Source: Candidatus Latescibacterota bacterium (lineage in GTDB: Bacteria > Latescibacterota > UBA2968). From it: a stretch of 64,000 bases of DNA. Under the pieces are notes generated by a model. The model was not told the DNA's origin and did not search any database. It saw nothing but the letters and a program-made list of their open reading frames with translations. Where the stretch lies: the NCBI GenBank assembly GCA_965207885.1, contig OZ242311.1:1728001-1792000 (forward strand), read 5' to 3'. The translations under genes were made by a program, and so were the position numbers. Positions 50,789 to 59,306 of the stretch are shown piece after piece (within the stretch, counting starts at the first letter, position 1; each line of letters begins with the position of its first letter).

Positions 50789-51535
50789 CTACTGACCTCT
50801 TCCTTCCCGATAAATCTTCTGTATAGCCTCAACCAAAAAATCTTCGGCAACTTGAAAAATCTGCTCGCCCATTTCTGCCGTCGCAGGACGCGGATCTCCC
50901 AACCCCCCGTGCTCGGTATTCTGATCAAACCGCTTGTACAGACGCAAACCCGGAATACTCTCCTGGCGGCGCTGCCCATCTCTGTGTAATGCATCTGTCT
51001 TCACCAGATCGGGATCTATCGCCATAATCATAGCGGTCTCACACTCACCCGCATGCCCGGATCCCTTTGTCCCCAGCGACAAAATTTCATTAATTTTCTT
51101 ATTCGACGGTTCGGCGTACGGCGTCGTCGTATAGAGATTGACATCTTCATGCCTCTCCATAACGCGCTGCCGCAAAACCGAAATATTGGGCTCATTGCCC
51201 CCGTGGCTATTAATGAGCAGAAACTGCGTAAAACCGTGTTCAATCATACAAGCGAGAACATCGTTCATAATCGCCAGATGCGTCTCGGACGACGCAGAAA
51301 CCGTACCGGGATACTTCATATGATGCTGCGAATACCCCAGCCACATAACCGGGAGAATAAGCACATCCCCAGGCAATCGCTTCTCAACGCGATTGACCAC
51401 CTCCTGAAGAATCATCGTATCGGTAAAAACGGGTAAATGCAGGCTATGTTGCTCAAGCGAAGCCACGGGTATAATAACCACCAGATCCCGCGACAAAGCA
51501 TCGACGTCGGGAGAAGTCATATTGGCGAGAAACAT
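50789..51535 (-). CDS. Creatininase family amidohydrolase
   Basis: EQH..HLP..TD, NSHGGN, HAGECET. Confidence 0.92.
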   Translation of the reverse strand: MFLANMTSPDVDALSRDLVVIIPVASLEQHSLHLPVFTDTMILQEVVNRVEKRLPGDVLILPVMWLGYSQHHMKYPGTVSASSETHLAIMNDVLACMIEHGFTQFLLINSHGGNEPNISVLRQRVMERHEDVNLYTTTPYAEPSNKKINEILSLGTKGSGHAGECETAMIMAIDPDLVKTDALHRDGQRRQESIPGLRLYKRFDQNTEHGGLGDPRPATAEMGEQIFQVAEDFLVEAIQKIYREGRGQ

Positions 51536-51631
51536 AAAAACTCCTTAAAAATTCGAATTAGAACATTAGGACAGCATTGTTTATTTAAATTATTTTCGTA
51601 TATTACACAACAAAATATCCCGGAGGCATTT

Positions 51632-52618
51632 ATGGAATTGGAAAAAGCATTAAAACTCACGTATCAGGGCGAACCCCTGGGCCACTCGTCGGACGACTTT
51701 GGCGGCTTACGCAAATCCAATGACGCGATAGATGATCGCGACGAACTCCACCGCCGAATGACAGAGAATGGCTACTTATTTCTCAAAAATTACCTGAACA
51801 AAGATGAAGTATTAGCCGCTCGCCAGGAAGTCATGGATCGGCTCATGGGCGCGGGTGTATTAGACGAACGCTATCCCGCAATCGACGGCATTGCAGCCTC
51901 AAAAAAGAAAATTGACGGACGCGCAACGGGATCGTTCATGCCCCTACTCGCGCGCAACAATCCCCCCCTGGACAAAGTAATCCACGAAGGCCCGATCATG
52001 TCGTTTTTTGACTTCTTTTTAGACGGACCTGCGCGCTACTTTGACTACACCTGGTTTCGAGCCAAACAGCCCGGACTGCACACCGCCACCAATCCACACT
52101 GCGACATCGTCTATATGGGCCGCGGAACAAAAAACCTCTACACCGCCTGGATACCCTATGGCGATGTACCCTCCTACATGGGCGGATTGATGCTGCTCGA
52201 AAACTCACACAAACTGCACGACCTGAAAGCGGGCTATGGATCAACAGACGTCGATCTATACTGCGAAAACAAAGACGATGCCCAGGAAATAGTAGAACGC
52301 GCACGCGCCGAAGGGCGGAACTTGACCAATCAAGAGCGGGCTTCTATAAAGTGGAACTCGAGCGGATCGTATTCCTCTAATGCCATACCCACCCGCAAAG
52401 AACTGGGCGGACGCTGGCTGGTATCGGAATACGAAATGGGAGACCTGCTGATATTTTCGATGTACACACTCCACTCAAGCTCCGACAACTACTCCAAAGA
52501 GTACCGCATATCATCCGACACGCGATATCAACTCGCATCGGACCCCGTTGACGAACGCTGGATTGGCGACGACCCGCCCGCCCATGGCATTCGCGCCAAA
52601 CGCGGGATGGTATGTTGA
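51632..52618 (+). CDS. PhyH-family Fe(II)/2OG dioxygenase
   Basis: PHCDIVYMG, LENSH, TLHSS, RISSDTRYQ. Confidence 0.88.
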   Translation: MELEKALKLTYQGEPLGHSSDDFGGLRKSNDAIDDRDELHRRMTENGYLFLKNYLNKDEVLAARQEVMDRLMGAGVLDERYPAIDGIAASKKKIDGRATGSFMPLLARNNPPLDKVIHEGPIMSFFDFFLDGPARYFDYTWFRAKQPGLHTATNPHCDIVYMGRGTKNLYTAWIPYGDVPSYMGGLMLLENSHKLHDLKAGYGSTDVDLYCENKDDAQEIVERARAEGRNLTNQERASIKWNSSGSYSSNAIPTRKELGGRWLVSEYEMGDLLIFSMYTLHSSSDNYSKEYRISSDTRYQLASDPVDERWIGDDPPAHGIRAKRGMVC

Positions 52619-52690
52619 GCGAATCAACGAATCAACGACGGAGCTTGTAACAACTTTGGGTGGTGAGGCGGGATTCGTCTATTCGTCTAT
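52618..52690. repeat. Palindromic element B, copy 2 (inverted)
   Basis: CGAATCAACGAATCAACG...GGATTCGTCTATTCGTCTAT. Confidence 0.8.
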
Positions 52691-54108
52691 GAACGGGTCT
52701 GGGAAACGACCCGTTGTACCCCGCTCCGTCTATTCACCCATTCCCTGACCGCTTCAGAACCTGGATACACGGCGTCCGGCCCTTGCTGCTGAACCTGTTT
52801 CTCTCCCAACCACGCCTTCCAATCGCCGCACGCCTGGCTCACCCCGCGCCATGTATCCCCACACGCGCCCATCGCCTCCTGCAAAAGCCCATCCAACTCA
52901 GCAACCAATTTGGGATCTTCCCCCACCAGATTGCGTTCCTCGTAAGGATCGTTCTCCAGATCGAACAAAACCCAGGGCTCCTTCTCCAAACGCGCGTAAT
53001 TATATCGCTCGGTTCGCACCCCGCGCCACCCGGGCCACACCGCAAAAGTGTGATGCATCGTCGTATAGGCATACGCCTGAGTACGCGCATTGGGCTGCCC
53101 CAGAATCGCGCCCGAAAAATCTCCCCCATCCAGACCAGCCGGAACATCAACACCCGCCAACCCGCACAAAGTTGGGAAAATATCCGGTGTGCCAAACGGC
53201 ATACTCAAGCTACAACCAGCCTCAACCTTGCCCGGCCACCGAACCAAAAACGGAACCTGCGTAGATTCTCGATAAGGCCATCGCTTGCCTCGCAAACCCT
53301 GGCTACCCAGCATCTCGCCGTGATCAGATGAGTACATCACAATCGTATTATCCGCCTGCCCGCTCTCTTCCAGCGCGCGCATCAACCGCCCCCACTCAAT
53401 ATCCAGCCCCTCAGTCATCCCGTAATAATGCGCGTACCAATCGCTCACATCGCTGGCCCTATCACCTGATAGCTTTGACGTATTCGGATGCAAATTCAAA
53501 TCCCGATCCAGATAAGGCGCGACATAGGGATCCGGTGCTATAAGCGGCGGATGCGGCGGACCCCACGACATAAACAAACACCACGGTCCAGATCCCGCCC
53601 GATTTTTAATATACGCAATCGCCCTATCCGTCTCGATCTGAGGCCGATAAAAGCCACTACCCGCAACCGGGTCCCTACTATCCGTGGCATAAGCCCACTC
53701 GTAGTAATTATGCGCATTATCACCCACATACCACTCATCGTCAAAACCCAGGCGCAACGGATCGCCCGCATCGACCTGAATCTCGCCCAAATGCCACTTG
53801 CCAATATACCCGCATCTGTAACCATTCGCGCTAAGCGCCGTGCCAATACACGGATACACGCTCAAATCGGGATAAAACCGATTGGTCGTCACCCCCGTAT
53901 GATGGCCGTATTTACCCGTCATCAACATCGCGCGATAAGGCGTACAAACAGGCGTACTCGAAACCGCTGCATCCAGACGCATCCCCTCAGCGGCAAACGC
54001 ATCAAATTGAGGCGTATTGAGATCCTCATCGCCATAATAGCACCCCATCGCAGATGCCCGCTGCTGATCTGAAAACACATACAATATATTTGGCCTATCA
54101 TCGGACAT
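52687..54108 (-). CDS. Sulfatase (Cys-type)
   Basis: PNIL..FSDQ, CTPYR, GKWHLG, PPHPP, SDHGE. Confidence 0.93.
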   Translation of the reverse strand: MSDDRPNILYVFSDQQRASAMGCYYGDEDLNTPQFDAFAAEGMRLDAAVSSTPVCTPYRAMLMTGKYGHHTGVTTNRFYPDLSVYPCIGTALSANGYRCGYIGKWHLGEIQVDAGDPLRLGFDDEWYVGDNAHNYYEWAYATDSRDPVAGSGFYRPQIETDRAIAYIKNRAGSGPWCLFMSWGPPHPPLIAPDPYVAPYLDRDLNLHPNTSKLSGDRASDVSDWYAHYYGMTEGLDIEWGRLMRALEESGQADNTIVMYSSDHGEMLGSQGLRGKRWPYRESTQVPFLVRWPGKVEAGCSLSMPFGTPDIFPTLCGLAGVDVPAGLDGGDFSGAILGQPNARTQAYAYTTMHHTFAVWPGWRGVRTERYNYARLEKEPWVLFDLENDPYEERNLVGEDPKLVAELDGLLQEAMGACGDTWRGVSQACGDWKAWLGEKQVQQQGPDAVYPGSEAVREWVNRRSGVQRVVSQTRS

Positions 54109-54227
54109 GGAAAATCCCCTTCCACTGGTAAATTTAGGAATTGATTAAAAACACTCGACACAATATAATGCACACTCAGAGCAAGTCAAAGATTCGCGCA
54201 CAACGAAAAAACCACCTCAATCTAAAA

Positions 54228-55415
54228 ATGAAACTCAAAAACGGCGACATCATCATCGACGACAACTTTCCGTGCAGCAGTGCCGGAGAAATGCGAATAA
54301 TAGAATCTGGCATAAGCGAAATCGGATACAAACCAGAAGAAATCCCGCAATGGTTCCAGTACCTGTTAGACGAACTATTCGACGGCGCAGGCGTACCCAA
54401 AGAATACATGGCCCATGTGCGCGTACGCCATCTCGGCAACCGCGCAAAACGAGTAATATTGCGATTTCTACTCAGCAAAAAAGGCGCGAACTACATGTAC
54501 CCACCCTGGTGGATCTGGCGAGAAAACACCGGGTGGGCGTGGGTACCATCTGCAAACACGGACTTTCACCCGGCAGAACACATCGACATATTCGTTCCCA
54601 TCCAACCCGGGGAAACCCTCCGCATCGCATCTGCCCCTTATGAAGAGCCATCCGTCGTCTGCGAACAAGCCCGGCAACTATCCGAACAATACGACATCTG
54701 GACCTACCGGGAAATCGGCCAGTCTGCCCAGGGACGACCAATCTGCGTATTGGAAACCCAACCGCGCGACCTGACACTACTCGTCGATGCCACAATGCAA
54801 TCGTGCGAACCCGTATCCTGGGGCATATTGCATGTAGCCCACAGCTTGACCATCCCAACCGCACGCACACAGCGACTATTGGACCACATACAATTCTGCC
54901 TCCTGCCCATCACAAACCCCGACGGCATTTGCGAAGGACGCAGTGTAACCAACGCCATGGGCGAAGTCCCAAAATTCGGAATCAACCACCTCGTAGAAGG
55001 CAAAAGCGCGCCCAGAGAAACCGCGGCACTATGGCAATACATCCTCGACAAAAAACCAGATACATCCATAGAAGTCCACGCCCACTTTACGCGACCGGAT
55101 TTTACGCGAAGCATTGGCATGCACGACAAAGCATCCATGCCACACCATCTACGGGCAAAAGCTGAAATCCTCGAACAAGCCATCTTCGAAAACTACCACA
55201 TTGAGCCACTGAAAAATCGGAAAGTATTGATCGACCCCCGACAACCCGAACACAACGTCTATGGCGACAAACACATCTGCGAACAAGCCGGCACAATCCG
55301 CACCTTTTTACAAGCCATCCCCGACAGCATTGACGCGCACAACGCCGACGTCAAAGAAATGGTAGAAACCGTCGCCCACGCACTCATCAAATGGCAAAAA
55401 TCTGGTACATCGTAG
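54228..55415 (+). CDS. M14 carboxypeptidase-like protein (start uncertain)
   Basis: IGQSAQGRPI, MQSCEP, NPDG, EVHAH. Confidence 0.6.
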   Translation: MKLKNGDIIIDDNFPCSSAGEMRIIESGISEIGYKPEEIPQWFQYLLDELFDGAGVPKEYMAHVRVRHLGNRAKRVILRFLLSKKGANYMYPPWWIWRENTGWAWVPSANTDFHPAEHIDIFVPIQPGETLRIASAPYEEPSVVCEQARQLSEQYDIWTYREIGQSAQGRPICVLETQPRDLTLLVDATMQSCEPVSWGILHVAHSLTIPTARTQRLLDHIQFCLLPITNPDGICEGRSVTNAMGEVPKFGINHLVEGKSAPRETAALWQYILDKKPDTSIEVHAHFTRPDFTRSIGMHDKASMPHHLRAKAEILEQAIFENYHIEPLKNRKVLIDPRQPEHNVYGDKHICEQAGTIRTFLQAIPDSIDAHNADVKEMVETVAHALIKWQKSGTS

Positions 55416-55444
55416 AGGCATAACCTATTTATGGAGGAAAACCA

Positions 55445-56014
55445 ATGGCAACACACCTATCCCCAGAAGAACAAGCGGAGGGATTCACAGCCTTATTCAA
55501 CGGCAAAGACCTGAACGACTGGAGAATTATTGGACCGGAAGAAGGTTGGGAAGTCCAAAACGGATTGATAGTATGCAATGGCGAAGGCAGAGGATGGATA
55601 CGCCCCAAAGCTATGTACACAGACTTTGTACTGCGCCTGGACTATCGAAACAGCGCGGGCGGAAACAGCGGAATATTCCTGCGGACAAGCGAAGAAGGAC
55701 GCCCCGCCTATCAAGGAATGGAAATACAAATTTACGACGTACCTCACGACCCACTCAACAATAAATCAAACGGCGCCATCTACGATGCGGTCGCCCCTAC
55801 GTCAGATCCGTCTCACCCGGCGGGGGAATGGAACTCGATTGAAGTATCCTGCCTGGGAACAATGGTAAACGTCATCATCAACGGACGCGAAGTCATATCC
55901 TGTGACACAAGCAAACACCCGGACCTCAAAGACCGCTTGAAAACCGGATACATCGGCCTTCAAAACCACCGCAGCCCCATTGACTTTCGCAATGTACGCA
56001 TTAAGGTATCGTAA
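55445..56014 (+). CDS. DUF1080 family (3-keto-glycoside hydrolase-like) protein
   Basis: LFNGKDL..W, NSGIFLR, EIQI.D, GEWN, GYIGLQNH, FRNVRIK. Confidence 0.9.
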   Translation: MATHLSPEEQAEGFTALFNGKDLNDWRIIGPEEGWEVQNGLIVCNGEGRGWIRPKAMYTDFVLRLDYRNSAGGNSGIFLRTSEEGRPAYQGMEIQIYDVPHDPLNNKSNGAIYDAVAPTSDPSHPAGEWNSIEVSCLGTMVNVIINGREVISCDTSKHPDLKDRLKTGYIGLQNHRSPIDFRNVRIKVS

Positions 56015-56022
56015 AAAAACTA

Positions 56023-56126
56023 CTGGATCGCGGCTCAACACCATGCCGCGATGACGCACGGGACAGCACGGGGACCGTCCCCTACAACACAGCAATCATC
56101 CGTGCTCATCCGTGTTTATCTGTGGT
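56023..56126. repeat. Stack of element A copy 4, a GTAG-type REP-like hairpin and 10-bp tandem repeats
   Basis: 56023-56055 element A; 56060-56085 reverse complement GTAGGGGACGGTCCCCGTGCTGTCCC; ATCCGTGCTC-ATCCGTGTTT-ATCTGTGGTT. Confidence 0.75.
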
Positions 56127-56131
56127 TGCTT

Positions 56132-57484
56132 TCAATCCTTAAACGCCTTAAGCACCCGATCAAACGCCTGAGCCGTCTGATCGATATCCGCATCGCTGTG
56201 AACAGCAGAAATCACACCACCGGGCCAGGGCATCACATCAACCCCCTCTGCAATCAAACCGCAGCGAAGCTGATGAATCTGCTTCATCGAAATCCCGCCC
56301 TTGAGAACCGAATGAGGCACTGTGCCATCGTAAATATCCGAACATGTGTACGTCTGATCCTCGGACAACGGCAAAAATTGAAACCCCGAAAACTCGCCGT
56401 ACACGAGCCAGTTCATCCCACGTCTCTGAATTATGTCATTGAGCGCGTTTCTCAACACCTCGCCATTTTGATTGGCCCGGTCAGTAATATCATCTTCCGC
56501 AACAATTTTAAGCGTCGTCAACCCCGCACGCGCTGAAACCGGATTGGAATTAAACGTACCCTGGTGTGGCACGCGGTATCTGTTATTCCACGAAGCATCG
56601 TCGCGATACGTCATCACATTGAGCAAATCCGCGCGCCCCGCAATCGCGCCACCGGGAAAACCACCCGCAACAATCTTCGCAAAAAGAGCCAGATCCGGCG
56701 TCACCCCGTAATATTCCTGAGCACCGCCGGGCGCCACGCGAAAACCCGTAATCACCTCATCAAAAATGAGTAACACGCCGTGTTCTCGGGTAAGAGCGCG
56801 AAGCCGGCGCAAAAACTCACCCTGCGTGGGAACCCGCCCAAAACTCGCACCCGTCGGCTCCAGAATAACCGCGGCAATATCGTCCCGACTCTCAAATGCC
56901 TGTGTGACCTGATCGATATTATTCGGCTCGCACAACACGGCATTCTCGATATGATCCTCCGTAATACCGCTCGGCGGCGTACCGTCAAAACTGGTCGAAG
57001 CGCCAAAAGCCACCTGATCGTGCCACCCATGAAAATTCGTCGTAAAACGCAGAATCTTCGGCTTATTCTGAAAAGCGCGCGCAACGCGCAACCCCAAAAG
57101 ACTCGCCTCTGTCCCCGACGACGTAAAACGCACCTTATCCGCGCACGGCACCATCCGAATAATCTGCTCTGCCCATTCCAATTCCAACTCGTGTGACGCG
57201 CCGTAATGCGTACCCCTGCTCAACTGCTCCCTTACCGCCTCGGTCACCTCCGGATGATTATGCCCCAAAATCAGCGCACCGTGGCCCCCAAAATAATCGA
57301 CATATTCACACCCATCCACATCCCACTTGCGCCCACCCTGTGCCCGAGCAACAGAAAGCGGATAGGGCATCAAATAGCGCGTATCGTGCGTCACCCCACT
57401 GGGAAAAGTCTCCCGCGCCCGTTGGTACAAAGCGCGTGACTTTGGCGTCTTTGCCATATATTTTTCGATCAACAAATCGCTCAT
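56132..57484 (-). CDS. Class III aminotransferase (glutamate-semialdehyde aminomutase-like)
   Basis: RFTSSGTEA, FHG, FDEVITGFR, FAKIVAGG, GTFNSNP. Confidence 0.9.
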   Translation of the reverse strand: MSDLLIEKYMAKTPKSRALYQRARETFPSGVTHDTRYLMPYPLSVARAQGGRKWDVDGCEYVDYFGGHGALILGHNHPEVTEAVREQLSRGTHYGASHELELEWAEQIIRMVPCADKVRFTSSGTEASLLGLRVARAFQNKPKILRFTTNFHGWHDQVAFGASTSFDGTPPSGITEDHIENAVLCEPNNIDQVTQAFESRDDIAAVILEPTGASFGRVPTQGEFLRRLRALTREHGVLLIFDEVITGFRVAPGGAQEYYGVTPDLALFAKIVAGGFPGGAIAGRADLLNVMTYRDDASWNNRYRVPHQGTFNSNPVSARAGLTTLKIVAEDDITDRANQNGEVLRNALNDIIQRRGMNWLVYGEFSGFQFLPLSEDQTYTCSDIYDGTVPHSVLKGGISMKQIHQLRCGLIAEGVDVMPWPGGVISAVHSDADIDQTAQAFDRVLKAFKD

Positions 57485-57649
57485 CTTTTGTCCTTTCGGT
57501 TTTTCAGTACCTACACAATCTCTCAATACAAAGATACGGTTCTGGGCAGGTGGATGCAACTGCCTCTTTATTCACATCACACTTGCGCGTATTTATAGAC
57601 CTTATTACCTTATATAACTGTATTTGACGCGAATCCGAAGGAGAAGCCC

Positions 57650-58369
57650 ATGCATCACGCGCTGGAGAACAAAGTCGCTATAATTGTGGGAAGCAGCTCG
57701 GGAATGGGAAAAGCGACCGCGCGATCTTATGCCCAGGCAGGTGCCAGCGTGGTACTGGCAGCGCGAAGCAAAGACAAATTAGACAACCTATCAGCAGAAA
57801 TAGGAAACCGCGCAATCGCCTGTGCAACAGACGCGCGAGATGTAGAACAGGTGAACCACTTAATCCAGACAACACTGGATGAATTCGGGCAAATCGATAT
57901 TCTCGTGTACGCCACGGGAACGAACATCCCGGACCGCAGCCTCGAAGTATTAACCCACGAAACGTGGGAAATGATGATCGGCACAAATCTGACCGGCGCA
58001 TTCAACTGCACAAAAGCGGTCTTGCCCGTCATGCGAAAACAGCAATCGGGCCTGATCATCTATCTATCTTCCGGATGCGTACAATCACCCGATGTATCCG
58101 GCGTATCTTATCAGGCATCCAAACACGGCATGTCTGGCCTGGCGCACGGGACATTCCAGGAAGAACAGGAAAACGGCATTCGCACCACAGTAATCTTCCC
58201 CGGATTGTGCGACACGCCCATCGTCTTGAAGCGCCCCGTACCCACGCCCCCAGAAGTCATGGCCAAAGCCTTAAAGCCAGAAGACGTAGCTGACGCATGC
58301 CTGTACGTGGCGACCACGCCCGCCCGTGCGCGAATACCAGAACTCATTCTCTTACCCGCAGGACTGTAA
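57650..58369 (+). CDS. Short-chain dehydrogenase/reductase
   Basis: GSSSGMG, YQASK. Confidence 0.9.
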   Translation: MHHALENKVAIIVGSSSGMGKATARSYAQAGASVVLAARSKDKLDNLSAEIGNRAIACATDARDVEQVNHLIQTTLDEFGQIDILVYATGTNIPDRSLEVLTHETWEMMIGTNLTGAFNCTKAVLPVMRKQQSGLIIYLSSGCVQSPDVSGVSYQASKHGMSGLAHGTFQEEQENGIRTTVIFPGLCDTPIVLKRPVPTPPEVMAKALKPEDVADACLYVATTPARARIPELILLPAGL

Positions 58370-58398
58370 TACCAACCTCAAAAACGCTGGATATTTCC

Positions 58399-59202
58399 AT
58401 GTCTATTTCCAGACCAGAAGGCACGAAGCACCTCACGCAGGCGCAGGTCGCGCAATTTGTGAATGACGGATTTGTCATCGTCCCGGGTCTCGTCGATCCA
58501 GACCGCGTGCGTGCGGGACTAAAAGAACTAAAACACAAAACCGGCATCGTGCCCGATGAGTCAAAAACATGGCCGACAGACAAAAATGGCATGCATGTAA
58601 CTCAGGAAGGCATTGCGATTGATCGGACCATGTGTATCTCACCCAAACTGAAAGCCATCGTGCGTGAACTCGCCGGACCGGCTGTCACCAATGAACCGGG
58701 ATTAAGCCCCATATTGCGATTTCCGCAGCCGGGACCCAAACAATTTGAACCGGGCGGCGCGCATATCGACGGCACGCGTCAGGGCAACGGCCTCACCGTA
58801 TATCCCACTCACTTTCTCCTCCTCGTCATGGCCTATCTCACAGACACGGATGCACACGACGGCGCATTCACCGTATGGCCGGGCAGTCCCCGACAGATAT
58901 TTTCGTGGGCTTATACCAACAACATCGACCTCGGAGAAAAGTGGCGCACAACAGGCAGCACAGGCGCGCCGGACATCCCGCTCAACGATCCCATCCCCGT
59001 CGTCGCACGGGCGGGCGACGTGGCGATATGCCACTATCTGATGGTACACGCATCTTCCGCCAACCGGGGCGACCACGTCCGCGTTGGGTTTCACGGATGG
59101 CTGAGGGCAACCCCCGAATATCAATACATCCCAAAAACGGGACCACCCCAAACGAACTGGACCCCGTTGGACTGGATATTGAGAACGGACAATTTACACT
59201 GA
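58399..59202 (+). CDS. PhyH-family Fe(II)/2OG dioxygenase
   Basis: AHIDG, FTVWPGS, MVHAS. Confidence 0.8.
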   Translation: MSISRPEGTKHLTQAQVAQFVNDGFVIVPGLVDPDRVRAGLKELKHKTGIVPDESKTWPTDKNGMHVTQEGIAIDRTMCISPKLKAIVRELAGPAVTNEPGLSPILRFPQPGPKQFEPGGAHIDGTRQGNGLTVYPTHFLLLVMAYLTDTDAHDGAFTVWPGSPRQIFSWAYTNNIDLGEKWRTTGSTGAPDIPLNDPIPVVARAGDVAICHYLMVHASSANRGDHVRVGFHGWLRATPEYQYIPKTGPPQTNWTPLDWILRTDNLH

Positions 59203-59306
59203 GAAAGGAGGTCTTCAGGGAATGAGAGTTAATAGATTTTGAAGAAAACCAAGTCGTCTGGCGGGGAAGTCATCCCCGTCAAAACCACAAACAAAGGAGT
59301 TGACAC

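Noticed and set aside
14353-56055. Palindromic repeats as a CRISPR array or integron attC sites
   Set aside because: Copies are kilobases apart with no spacers; no cas or integrase gene; no attC core boxes.
56132-57484. Assigning hemL
   Set aside because: Family motifs only; divergent and without tetrapyrrole gene context.
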